A stretch of 25,035 nucleotides of DNA from positions 1 through 25,035 of IMG/VR virus record IMGVR_UViG_3300005805_005355, one strand, 5' to 3'. Below the pieces are notes generated by a model. The model had not been told where the DNA came from. It saw only the letters and a list, made by a program, of their open reading frames with translations, and made no database searches. The position numbers were made by a program, and so were the translations under genes. Positions 8,948-17,842 of this stretch are shown here, one piece after another (position 1 is the first letter of the stretch; the number at the start of each line of letters is the position of its first letter). The stretch is from a virus. Its lineage: Duplodnaviria; Caudoviricetes.

Positions 8948-9115
8948 ATGTCTTACGAAAATAAAATAAGAATTTTAGAAAATCAACTAAAGCAATTAGA
9001 AAATGTTGAAACCAAAGATAAAGAAAAAATTCAATCAGTTTTAAATGAATTGCGCCAATTGCGTAAGGCTCAATATGAAGAAAGCCAGCGTGTTAGTTTT
9101 GATGATGATCGGTAA
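8948..9115 (+). CDS. small coiled-coil protein (55 aa, not in ORF track)
   Basis: MSYENKIRILENQLKQLE...SFDDDR; GGAGG SD; fills the gap exactly. Confidence 0.75.
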   Translation: MSYENKIRILENQLKQLENVETKDKEKIQSVLNELRQLRKAQYEESQRVSFDDDR

Positions 9116-9117
9116 TC

Positions 9118-9348
9118 ATGGATAATACTACACAATTTGAACCTTATCTTAATGTGGGCATACCCGCTACGATTGAACCTAGCAATATAGTATTGAATAG
9201 CAATATGACAGAAATGTTGCGTATAGCAAAAGATGGTTTCTATGTTCGCGGTGTAAAAATTGAGCAGGACGAAAAAGAAGCAGAAAAGGTATACAATGCC
9301 TTTCATCAATGGTTAACTTGGGCAACAATTACTAGAGACTTCGGATGA
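9118..9348 (+). CDS. hypothetical protein
   Basis: 76 aa, tightly packed, ATGA overlap with next gene. Confidence 0.65.
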   Translation: MDNTTQFEPYLNVGIPATIEPSNIVLNSNMTEMLRIAKDGFYVRGVKIEQDEKEAEKVYNAFHQWLTWATITRDFG

Positions 9349-10187
9349 AGTATAAAAAAATTATTACATCAGGATGTAGTTTTAGTTCAAATGAAACTCC
9401 CTATACTTGGCCATTGCAACTAGAATCATATGTACAAAAAAATATTAATTCAAATGTAAAATTTGACCATCGGGGCTTATCTAGTCAAGGGCAAGAATTG
9501 ATTGCAAAAAAATCAGCACATGCAATTTATGAAGCATTGTCTACTGGATATAAGCCTGAAGAAATAGCTGTATTTGTAATGTGGTCTAGTAGTGATAGAA
9601 AATCTTTTTACATCGACAACCCAGACACTATTAAAGAATTAGTTAATAATTGGACTGGTTCTAAACAGGGCTGGTCATTGCAATTATCAGATTTACAAAA
9701 CAATAGAAATAATTTAGAATTATGTCATTCTAAAGCCGAAAATAATAATTTGATTTATTATCATTCAGGTGGGGGTTGGTACATTACTTCAGCGCATGTT
9801 AAGGACGAATTAAAATTTGTACGTGATTATTTTCTGACTAGTAAGGATAGTGTATCTTTGGCACTATGCCATGATGCATTACAATATATTACGTATTTGC
9901 AACACCTTTGCAAATCAAAAGGTATCAAACTATATCAACAATTCTATATGGAAAATATCGTTGAGGATATTGAAAGATACAAAGGGCATCAAATTATTGA
10001 CTATTTGTATAATGATATTGATTGGTCTACGTTTATTTCTAAACAATCAATCCATAATTATTTAAGCAGCAACATCGACTATTTTGTTGGAGTTAATAAT
10101 GCACATCCCAATGGATTAGGTCACAGAATTTGGTTAAACGAGGTAATCTTACCGCATTTACAAGACGATGGTTTTTTTGAGGACTAA
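9345..10187 (+). CDS. SGNH/GDSL-like protein, paralog 1
   Basis: TSGCSFS, TWP, VMWSSSDR, AHPNGLGH. Confidence 0.6.
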   Translation: MKYKKIITSGCSFSSNETPYTWPLQLESYVQKNINSNVKFDHRGLSSQGQELIAKKSAHAIYEALSTGYKPEEIAVFVMWSSSDRKSFYIDNPDTIKELVNNWTGSKQGWSLQLSDLQNNRNNLELCHSKAENNNLIYYHSGGGWYITSAHVKDELKFVRDYFLTSKDSVSLALCHDALQYITYLQHLCKSKGIKLYQQFYMENIVEDIERYKGHQIIDYLYNDIDWSTFISKQSIHNYLSSNIDYFVGVNNAHPNGLGHRIWLNEVILPHLQDDGFFED

Positions 10188-10189
10188 AA

Positions 10190-10648
10190 ATGGATAATAG
10201 AGAAGTAGAACTTAGCAATAAACGTCAACGTATTAAAGACAAAGCCAGGCGTATGATTTGGGTTACATTTCGTAAAGAAGGTATACATAAATACCCGGCA
10301 GCACTGGAAGACCCTGCGCTAAAAACAGGAGACATGTATGACGTTTCGTTCTTGGGCTATCCCCATAGGCATATTTTTCATTTTACTGTTGCCATTCAAG
10401 TATGGCATAACGACAGAGATGTGGAATTCATTCAATTCAAGCGTTGGCTTGAACAATTGTATTCTAGCGCACAAGGTGTTTTGTCGCTAGATTTTAAAAG
10501 CTGTGAAATGATTAGCGATGATTTATATGAACAAATCGCTAGTCGTTACCCAGGGCGTGACATTGAGATTACCGTTTCCGAAGACGGTGAGAACGGTGCC
10601 ACAATTTATTATAAAACTCATCAACCTTATCAACAACTAGCCATTTAA
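10190..10648 (+). CDS. QueD-like T-fold protein, candidate CDG decarboxylase (DpdL-like)
   Basis: QueD-like layout F..EGIH, LGYPHRHIF, EFIQFK, SCEMI, VSEDGENGA; Leu replaces the catalytic Cys of CxxxHGH. Confidence 0.6.
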   Translation: MDNREVELSNKRQRIKDKARRMIWVTFRKEGIHKYPAALEDPALKTGDMYDVSFLGYPHRHIFHFTVAIQVWHNDRDVEFIQFKRWLEQLYSSAQGVLSLDFKSCEMISDDLYEQIASRYPGRDIEITVSEDGENGATIYYKTHQPYQQLAI

Positions 10649-10658
10649 AGGAGCAAAC

Positions 10659-10871
10659 ATGGCAAAGCAAAAACTCGGCGGAACTTTTAGTACTAACCAC
10701 CAACTTTTTGAGGATCTAGAAAAGTATCTAGATTTTTGTAGGACATTCGGATATAAATTTGACGAAAGCGATCTTTACAGTAATAAAAGTTTTGTTCACC
10801 GTCAGTTTACTAAATATCTTTCAGGGAAACCTGTAAAAGATAATTGGGAACTGGATGCAAAAACCGACTAA
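10659..10871 (+). CDS. hypothetical protein
   Basis: 70 aa, AAGGAG SD. Confidence 0.75.
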   Translation: MAKQKLGGTFSTNHQLFEDLEKYLDFCRTFGYKFDESDLYSNKSFVHRQFTKYLSGKPVKDNWELDAKTD

Positions 10872-11625
10872 AATTGTACTAGTGACTGGGGGATTTGACC
10901 CCCTTCACTCAGGTCACATTGAATATTTTAAGGCTGCAAAGGAGTTAGGTGACATATTAGTTGTAGGTCTTAATTCTGATGCATGGTTGGCTCGTAAAAA
11001 GGGCCAACCTTTTATGCCATTTAATGAACGACAAAGTATTGTTGAAAATTTATACATGGTAGACCATTGTATTTTGTTTAATGATGACGATGGCTCAAGT
11101 ACAGAGGCAATTAAAAATGTAAGAATGATGTATCCTGATGCAGAAATTATTTTTGCAAATGGTGGCGATAGAACATCAGTCAATATTCCAGAATTAGAAT
11201 TTAAAGATAGCAATTTAATTTTTAAATTTGGTGTAGGAGGTTCTACAAAAAAGAACAGTTCCAGTTGGATATTAGAAGAATGGAAGAATCCAAAATATAA
11301 ACGCCCATGGGGTTGGTATCGTGTACTTGATGATAAGCCAGGATACAAAGTAAAAGAATTGGTAATCGAACCTGGCAAAAGATTAAGTATGCAACGCCAT
11401 TTTCTACGTAGCGAACATTGGTATATATTAAAGGGTAAATGCGATATTGCAACTGACTACAAAGGTAGTAAAATAACAGTACATAAAGAAGTACATGAAA
11501 CATATGTTATTGGAAAAGAAGTTTGGCATCAAGGACAAAACAACTATGATGAATATTGCCACATACTTGAAGTCCAATACGGTGACGAATGTGTGGAAAC
11601 AGATATAGAGAGGCGTGATGCGTAA
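10855..11625 (+). CDS. cytidylyltransferase-like (RfaE/HldE type) domain fused to type II mannose-6-phosphate isomerase cupin
   Basis: TGGFDPLHSGH, VGLNSD, FANGGDR, NSSS; RPWGWY, LSMQRH..RSEHW, ILEVQYG. Confidence 0.85.
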   Translation: MQKPTKIVLVTGGFDPLHSGHIEYFKAAKELGDILVVGLNSDAWLARKKGQPFMPFNERQSIVENLYMVDHCILFNDDDGSSTEAIKNVRMMYPDAEIIFANGGDRTSVNIPELEFKDSNLIFKFGVGGSTKKNSSSWILEEWKNPKYKRPWGWYRVLDDKPGYKVKELVIEPGKRLSMQRHFLRSEHWYILKGKCDIATDYKGSKITVHKEVHETYVIGKEVWHQGQNNYDEYCHILEVQYGDECVETDIERRDA

Positions 11626-12793
11626 ATTATATTACATGGGTCTAGAACCCTACAAAGCAAGATACACACTACAATTGACGGATTGGAATGAAAGAGTTTT
11701 CAAACGTAGAAAAATTAACTATGAAATCGTACATGGTGAAACATTAACTAGTGATCAAAATATTGTTACAGGTCAAGTGTTAGATGCACATGGTCGAAGC
11801 TATTTTGGCATGAGTCAAATGATGAATCTTGTTAAATTAATGAAAGAAGGAAAAGTTACAAATGAAGATGTTATCTACTTTGAGGACATGTTTCAACCCG
11901 GTATCGAAAGTTTACCTTACATATTGGACCAAATCCCTAGTAATCTACGTCCCCGCATTTATGTTAGGTGTCTTGCTCAGTCCATTGATCCTGATGATTT
12001 TGTCCATGTATGGGATATGGCGAAATGGATGGGAGCCTACGAAAAAATGGTTAATGAGTTCGTGGATGGGGTTCTCGCCACAAATGAAGAAATGGTTGCT
12101 CATATGCGTATTGCTGGATGGAATGCTCCTGTATACAATATTAGTGGCTTAGCATTTGGTAAGGAAGAAGTCGAACAGCGTGTTGAAGGTAAAATTAAGC
12201 CCTTTACAAATCGTAGAATGCGTGTAGTGTTTGCCGCACGTTGGGATCAAGAAAAGCAACCTGATTTCTATATGGATGTAATTGAAGAATTCAATCGTAG
12301 ACATCCCAAAACTGTTGAATTCGTTTTGTGCAGTGGTGGTAAATTGCGTAGTAACAATGATAGTTACATGAAACGCACACGCAAATTAGAAGCAGAAAAC
12401 AAACTGACTATCTATGAGGACTTAGATAAAAATACTTACTATGATATTCTTAATGATAGTAGGGTTTTGTTTAATTGCGCTTTACAAGATTGGGTATCAA
12501 ATACTGTATCTGAAGCAGATACATTAGGATGTAACGTGTTGTATCCTGCTTATCGCAGTTTCCCAGAAACTTTTGCCAACGACCATGAACGTCTTTATGT
12601 TCCATGGTCAATAGATGATGCTGTCAATAAACTTGAAACATTATTAAAAAAGCCGCACACAAACATGGGAAAAATTAGTAATTACAATAACGGTACTATC
12701 GACAGGATATGCGATATCCTTGAGGGTAAAGGTGAACAATGGCTGCGTATGTCAAGTGATTATCGCAAACATACAAGAGAAGCGAAATATTAA
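11618..12793 (+). CDS. GT-B (GT4-like) glycosyltransferase
   Basis: VFAARWDQEKQP, FNCALQDWVSNTVSEA (D-x7-E), YRSFPE; ATG 11618 after GAGAGG. Confidence 0.7.
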   Translation: MRKLYYMGLEPYKARYTLQLTDWNERVFKRRKINYEIVHGETLTSDQNIVTGQVLDAHGRSYFGMSQMMNLVKLMKEGKVTNEDVIYFEDMFQPGIESLPYILDQIPSNLRPRIYVRCLAQSIDPDDFVHVWDMAKWMGAYEKMVNEFVDGVLATNEEMVAHMRIAGWNAPVYNISGLAFGKEEVEQRVEGKIKPFTNRRMRVVFAARWDQEKQPDFYMDVIEEFNRRHPKTVEFVLCSGGKLRSNNDSYMKRTRKLEAENKLTIYEDLDKNTYYDILNDSRVLFNCALQDWVSNTVSEADTLGCNVLYPAYRSFPETFANDHERLYVPWSIDDAVNKLETLLKKPHTNMGKISNYNNGTIDRICDILEGKGEQWLRMSSDYRKHTREAKY

Positions 12794-12807
12794 TATAGGA
12801 GAAAAAT

Positions 12808-12999
12808 ATGAGCGCACACAATGATATTAAAACACAACTTGCCGCATATGAGGCAGAAAATGATAAGTTTGAAAAGGGTAATAGTGCCGCAGGCACACGT
12901 GCCCGGAAGGCATTAGCAGAATTGGCTAAAGCAGTCAAGGCTCGCCGCAACGAAATTACTGCTGAAAAGGCAGCACGTAAGGAAGCAAAAGCAAAGTAA
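12808..12999 (+). CDS. histone H1-like Hc1-family protein
   Basis: KFEKGNSAAGTRARKALAELAK; basic, Ala-rich; AGGAG SD. Confidence 0.75.
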   Translation: MSAHNDIKTQLAAYEAENDKFEKGNSAAGTRARKALAELAKAVKARRNEITAEKAARKEAKAK

Positions 13000-13002
13000 A
13001 AA

Positions 13003-14082
13003 ATGCGTATCGAAGATGACATTAAGCTAGACTTTAGAGATGTATTGATACGTCCTAAGCGTAGCACTCTGGCTAGTCGTAAAGAAGTTGATTTGAAACG
13101 TACATATAAATTTAAGCACAGTGGTTTTGGTTGGACAGGTGTTCCTATCATGGCAGCTAATATGGATGGTGTAGGTACGCCTGCTATGGCTATAGCACTT
13201 TCCGAACATAAGATGTTTACGTGTCTAGTCAAATCATTAGATCGGGATGAATTCCCTAAACTATCTGATAGTATCGGTGGTAATTATTTTGCCGTAAGTA
13301 CTGGAACTAGTGAAAAAGACTTAAATAGATTAGTAGCCATACTAGAAGATAATCCTGCAATACATTTTATTTGTATTGATATTGCAAATGGATATAGCGA
13401 ACATTTTGGAGACTTTGTTGCCGAAGTTCGTAGACTATATCCTAAACACACTATCATAGCAGGCAATGTAGTAACGGCTGATATGACACAGGAGTTGATA
13501 CTACGTGGAGCCGATATTGTTAAAGTGGGGATTGGGCCTGGTAGCGTTTGTACTACTCGTATTCAAACAGGCGTTGGCTATCCACAACTTTCTGCAATCA
13601 TCGAATGTGCGGACGCTGCTCATGGTCTTGGTGGACACATTATTGCTGATGGCGGTTGTACTTGTCCTGGGGATGTCGCTAAAGCCTTCGGAGCTGGCGC
13701 TGATTTTGTCATGCTCGGGGGCATGTTAGCAGGCCATGATGAAGGTGGCGGTGAAATTATTTATAAAAGTATTTTACTTAATGAATTGAGTAATGAGACT
13801 GGTGAACAGTTTGTAGATACAATCGAATATGTAAAATTCTATGGTATGAGTAGTGACACAGCCATGAATAAACATCATGGTGGCGTTGCTAATTATCGTA
13901 GTAGTGAGGGTCGCACAGTAGAAGTTAAATACCGCGGTCCAGTTAAAAATACTGTACTAGATTTACTAGGTGGTTTGCGTAGTACTTGTACATATGTCGG
14001 AGCTCCTTCATTAAAACAACTAAGCAAGTGTACTACATTTATAAGAGTAAATAGACAAATAAATGATGTATTCTTAAAATGA
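13003..14082 (+). CDS. guaC: GMP reductase
   Basis: [64 protein letters not shown]; no CBS domains. Confidence 0.92.
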   Translation: MRIEDDIKLDFRDVLIRPKRSTLASRKEVDLKRTYKFKHSGFGWTGVPIMAANMDGVGTPAMAIALSEHKMFTCLVKSLDRDEFPKLSDSIGGNYFAVSTGTSEKDLNRLVAILEDNPAIHFICIDIANGYSEHFGDFVAEVRRLYPKHTIIAGNVVTADMTQELILRGADIVKVGIGPGSVCTTRIQTGVGYPQLSAIIECADAAHGLGGHIIADGGCTCPGDVAKAFGAGADFVMLGGMLAGHDEGGGEIIYKSILLNELSNETGEQFVDTIEYVKFYGMSSDTAMNKHHGGVANYRSSEGRTVEVKYRGPVKNTVLDLLGGLRSTCTYVGAPSLKQLSKCTTFIRVNRQINDVFLK

Positions 14083-14855
14083 TAAACTATTTTATAAGCA
14101 CTGGTTGCAGTTTCACCGAAATTCCTGTGAAGGAATTTCATAAGGAAACCTATGTAAATACTGATGCTTACCCGCATTATGCGTTTTCATGGCCTGTACA
14201 TGTCAATAATATATTAAAGTCTAAACCATGTTACAAGGGTAAAGGTGGATCTGGTAATGGTATCATAAGTCGAACCACAATTTATGAAGTTAATAAGGCA
14301 TTAAGAACATATAAACCTGAAGAATTATTAGTAGGTATCATGTGGAGCGGTGCATATAGACATGAGATTTATTCTTCAAATATGCATAATAGTTACCATG
14401 CTATAGACAATGGTGTTAAGAATCAAAATAACCCAGCATCAATTGGTAGAGGATACAAATATTATAAAGTGATGCCTTATTGGGATGATGAACTATCAAA
14501 AATGTATTATAAAAACATTTATGATGAAGTAGGTTCATATATAGAAACAATTGAACATATATTAAGAGTTCAATGGTTTCTAAAAAATCATAACATAAAA
14601 TATTTTATGACCACTTACTTTCCTGAAGTTTTTCCTAAAAATAAAAATCATGAAGATATAAAATACCTGTATGATATGATTGACTTTGATAATTTTTTAG
14701 ATGTTGATAGTGAATGGGAGTGGTGCGCCAGATATCAAAATCCCAAAACATGGGATGATCTTGGTCATGATCACCCACATCCACATACAAAACAGCACAA
14801 AGCATTTGCGGAACAGGTAATCATTCCTCATTTACAGAAAAAAGGATACATATAA
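14079..14855 (+). CDS. SGNH/GDSL-like protein, paralog 2
   Basis: [35 protein letters not shown]. Confidence 0.6.
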   Translation: MINYFISTGCSFTEIPVKEFHKETYVNTDAYPHYAFSWPVHVNNILKSKPCYKGKGGSGNGIISRTTIYEVNKALRTYKPEELLVGIMWSGAYRHEIYSSNMHNSYHAIDNGVKNQNNPASIGRGYKYYKVMPYWDDELSKMYYKNIYDEVGSYIETIEHILRVQWFLKNHNIKYFMTTYFPEVFPKNKNHEDIKYLYDMIDFDNFLDVDSEWEWCARYQNPKTWDDLGHDHPHPHTKQHKAFAEQVIIPHLQKKGYI

Positions 14856-15124
14856 TGGTGACACGAAAAAAGAAAACGAGCGATGTTTGGCCCAAAGTTA
14901 CAATAGGTAGCCATAGCACACGAACTGAATACGAAGATGGTAGTGTAGAGTTTGTAACGGATTGGGAGGCACTAAAACGTGATGTAGGTCAAGCATTACG
15001 TGAATATGAACAAAAGAAATTGGTAGATAATGCACCGTACCACCCTGGTTATGAAGGTGCTGTGTTTGAAAAAATAGAAGAAAAAGTGAAAAAAGTTAGG
15101 AAAGTCAAAGCAAAGACTAAATAA
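14855..15124 (+). CDS. hypothetical basic protein
   Basis: 89 aa, TAATG overlap, AAGGA SD. Confidence 0.7.
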   Translation: MVTRKKKTSDVWPKVTIGSHSTRTEYEDGSVEFVTDWEALKRDVGQALREYEQKKLVDNAPYHPGYEGAVFEKIEEKVKKVRKVKAKTK

Positions 15125-15127
15125 GTA

Positions 15128-15185
15128 TGTCACACAACGGTGACAACAATTCAAATTTAACATCCGTGTAAGGAAGGATATCAAT
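15128..15185 (+). promoter_or_regulatory. structured 5' leader of folE
   Basis: Hairpin TGTCAC/GTGACA (15128-15145); ATCC/GGAT stem enclosing the SD; preceded by TAAATAAGTA. Confidence 0.4.
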
Positions 15186-15875
15186 ATGTCATATAACAAA
15201 ACAAAAACCGATCCCGATTTGGGTCAACGAGTACACGAACATCTAGTCAAGATGGGAGTAGAAACTCCAACATCAAATCACCCATTGGGTCAGATGGATC
15301 GTAAAAGTAAAATTGCAGTATTAGAAACACACTTTAAAGAAATTCTAGAGGTTTTGGGATTAGATTTAAGTGATGATTCACTAAGCGAAACACCTTTGCG
15401 TATTGCAAAGATGTATATCAACGAAATCTTTTGGGGACTTGACTATGAAGCTTTCCCCAAGTGTACTACAGTTGATAATAAAATGAAGTACAATGAAATG
15501 GTGGTGGAAAGAAATGTCAGTGTTCAAAGTAATTGTGAGCACCATTTTGTTATTATTGATGGGCTTGCTACTGTTGCATATGTGCCTAAGGATAAAGTGT
15601 TGGGACTATCTAAGATTAATCGTATCGTAGAATATTTCAGTAAGCGTCCTCAAATTCAGGAACGACTTACAGAACAAATTTTTCATACGTTACAATTCAT
15701 TCTTGATACCGAAGATGTTGCTGTAATGATTGATGCACAACATTATTGCGTTAAGAGTCGTGGTGTCGAAGATACTGGTAGTTCGACTGTCACTAGCCGT
15801 CTTGGTGGTGGGTTTAAGAACGATCCAGCAGTACGCAATGAATTTTATCAGATTGCAAGACAGGGATGTAAATGA
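15186..15875 (+). CDS. folE: GTP cyclohydrolase I
   Basis: ETPLRIAKMY, SNCEHHF, GLSKINRIV, RPQIQERLT, HYCVKSRGV. Confidence 0.95.
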   Translation: MSYNKTKTDPDLGQRVHEHLVKMGVETPTSNHPLGQMDRKSKIAVLETHFKEILEVLGLDLSDDSLSETPLRIAKMYINEIFWGLDYEAFPKCTTVDNKMKYNEMVVERNVSVQSNCEHHFVIIDGLATVAYVPKDKVLGLSKINRIVEYFSKRPQIQERLTEQIFHTLQFILDTEDVAVMIDAQHYCVKSRGVEDTGSSTVTSRLGGGFKNDPAVRNEFYQIARQGCK

Positions 15876-16003
15876 TTAGTTACATTTTATTCATTATCTT
15901 TATAATAGGTTTGGCATATTTTATTCAAACAAGATTGCCAAAATCTTCATGCACTGGTAACTGTAACCAAGGTCGCAATTGCAACTGTATGCCTAAGGAG
16001 TAA
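15872..16003 (+). CDS. small Cys-rich membrane protein (43 aa, not in ORF track)
   Basis: MISYILFIIFIIGLAYFIQTRLPKSSCTGNCNQGRNCNCMPKE; ATGA overlap with folE. Confidence 0.75.
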   Translation: MISYILFIIFIIGLAYFIQTRLPKSSCTGNCNQGRNCNCMPKE

Positions 16004-16005
16004 TT

Positions 16006-16242
16006 ATGGGATTTCGTAAACCAATGGATTATAATAGTGTTCATCATCAAATTTATTTGTCTGGTGTAGAGTTAAACAGTCCGTATAATGATGGATTTGT
16101 ACAATGGGAAGTCAAAAAAGAATTGTATAAAATCAAATGGCTTGTTGACGCAATATTAAAGGACAGTAGTAATTTTGTAGGTGAAGAAGAATTCTTAAAA
16201 GAAAATGAAAAGAAAGAAATGTGGAGAACGCTTAAGCAATGA
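16006..16242 (+). CDS. hypothetical protein
   Basis: 78 aa, AAGGAG SD. Confidence 0.75.
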   Translation: MGFRKPMDYNSVHHQIYLSGVELNSPYNDGFVQWEVKKELYKIKWLVDAILKDSSNFVGEEEFLKENEKKEMWRTLKQ

Positions 16243-16715
16243 TTTTTAACAAAATCAAAGACCTTAAAGCACAGGGTTTAAAAATAGGTATTACCTTTAG
16301 TCAATTTGACTTGTTACATGCAGGTCATATAGCAATGTTGGCTGAAGCAAAAAATCATTGTGACTATCTAATTGCTGCATTGCAAAATAATGCTAATTGG
16401 GATAGACCCGCAAAGAATGCACCTATACAAAGTATTGTTGAAAGACAAATAAGTTTAAGTGCTGTAAGGTTTGTTGATGAAATCGTTGTTTATAACACGG
16501 AAAAAGACTTAGAAGATATATTGTTAACACTGCCAGTTGATGTACGCATACTTGGTGTTGAGTATATGGAGAAAGATTTTACTGGTCGTGCTATTTGCGA
16601 AAAACGTGGAATACAATTAGTGTTCAACGGTCGTGATCATAGCTTTAGTTCTAGTAGTTTACGTAAACGTGTTGTAGAGGCAGAGTCAAATAAAGGAAAT
16701 AATAATGCAGGCTAA
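16239..16715 (+). CDS. glycerol-3-phosphate cytidylyltransferase (TagD)-like
   Basis: FDLLHAGH, EAK..CDYLI, VERQ, VDEI, SSSSLR. Confidence 0.8.
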   Translation: MIFNKIKDLKAQGLKIGITFSQFDLLHAGHIAMLAEAKNHCDYLIAALQNNANWDRPAKNAPIQSIVERQISLSAVRFVDEIVVYNTEKDLEDILLTLPVDVRILGVEYMEKDFTGRAICEKRGIQLVFNGRDHSFSSSSLRKRVVEAESNKGNNNAG

Positions 16716-17562
16716 AAGAATATTAGTAATGGGTTTACCTGGGGCAGGAAAAACATACTTTGCAGAAAGACTTAAAAAATACCTTGAGGACAATAGCAGT
16801 ATTGATACTATGCCAGTATCCAGAATGACTGAATATGAAGTTGCTCCGCGCACATATAACAGTAAAGTAGATTGGTTCAATGCGGATGATGTCCGTAGAC
16901 AATTTAATGACTGGGATTTTAGTAAAGAAGGACGCATACGCCAAAGTTTACGAATGCTTGAGTTTGCTATTAAGTGTACTGGTGATTTTGTCATTTGTGA
17001 CTTTGTTGCACCATTACCTGAAATGCGTAATAATTTTAAAGCAGATTGGACTATTTGGATTGACACTATTGAAAAAGGTCGTTATGAAGATACCAACAAA
17101 GCATTTACCCCACCTGATGTGTATGATTTTAGAATTACAGAACAAAACGCTGAAAAATGGGTAGAGTTTGTGGGCGATCATATACTTTATAATAAACGTA
17201 GACCTACATTTGATTGGCGTAAAGAAACTGTACAAATGTTAGGTCGTTGGCAACCATGGCATGCAGGGCATCGTGCGTTGTTTGAACGTGCTATAGCTAA
17301 GACAGGACAAGTTGCAATTATGATACGTGACTGTCAAGGTTGGAACGGTAGTAACCCATTCGAAATAGAAAGAGTCAAAGATTTTATAAAACGAGATTTA
17401 GATCCTATCTATCAGGGTCAATATGAAATCCTAGTTGTGCCAAATATAGTCAACATTACATATGGGCGTGATGTGGGTTACAAGATTGAACAAGAAACAT
17501 TCGATGAGTCTATAACTAGTATTTCAGCAACAAAAATACGTAAGGAAATGGGTTTTGAGTGA
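16705..17562 (+). CDS. adenylylsulfate kinase-like domain fused to a HIGH nucleotidyltransferase domain
   Basis: P-loop GLPGAGKT, NADDVR..DFSKEGR, CDFVAP; then GRWQPWHAGH, YGRD, SISATKIR. Confidence 0.75.
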   Translation: MQAKRILVMGLPGAGKTYFAERLKKYLEDNSSIDTMPVSRMTEYEVAPRTYNSKVDWFNADDVRRQFNDWDFSKEGRIRQSLRMLEFAIKCTGDFVICDFVAPLPEMRNNFKADWTIWIDTIEKGRYEDTNKAFTPPDVYDFRITEQNAEKWVEFVGDHILYNKRRPTFDWRKETVQMLGRWQPWHAGHRALFERAIAKTGQVAIMIRDCQGWNGSNPFEIERVKDFIKRDLDPIYQGQYEILVVPNIVNITYGRDVGYKIEQETFDESITSISATKIRKEMGFE

Positions 17563-17764
17563 TACGAATAAAAGAAGTTTGGCAAAAACTATCAGTTGGA
17601 GAATAACTGGTAGTTTTGCTACCTTTTTAATATCCTTTTTAGTTACAGGCGACTTGACATTTGCTGGCAAAATTGCTATTATACAAATTACAGCAAATAC
17701 AATTTTATATTATCTGCACGAAAGAATTTGGAACAAAGTTCAATGGGGTAGAAGTGTTAAATAA
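17555..17764 (+). CDS. DUF2061-like small membrane protein
   Basis: RSLAKTISWR...LYYLHERIWNKVQWG; TTG start. Confidence 0.8.
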   Translation: MSDTNKRSLAKTISWRITGSFATFLISFLVTGDLTFAGKIAIIQITANTILYYLHERIWNKVQWGRSVK

Positions 17765-17768
17765 TAAT

Positions 17769-17807
17769 AGCGGTCTTTGGCATCATCCCGCTTTATAAAT
17801 TCTGCTG
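17769..17807 (+). ncRNA. candidate preQ1-I-like riboswitch aptamer in the queD leader
   Basis: P1 AGCGG/CCGCT, loop starting with U and ending CAUC, A-rich tail, possible pseudoknot UGGCA/UGCUG. Confidence 0.5.
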
Positions 17808-17842
17808 TCATCAAACTTGCTACTTTTATAAGGAGACTAGAG

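Noticed and set aside
13003-14082. IMP dehydrogenase
   Set aside because: RPKRSTL, FYGMSS, RSSEG and the absence of CBS domains fit GMP reductase
17777-17842. 22-aa N-terminal extension of QueD from TTG
   Set aside because: No SD at the TTG; strong AAGGAG before ATG 17843
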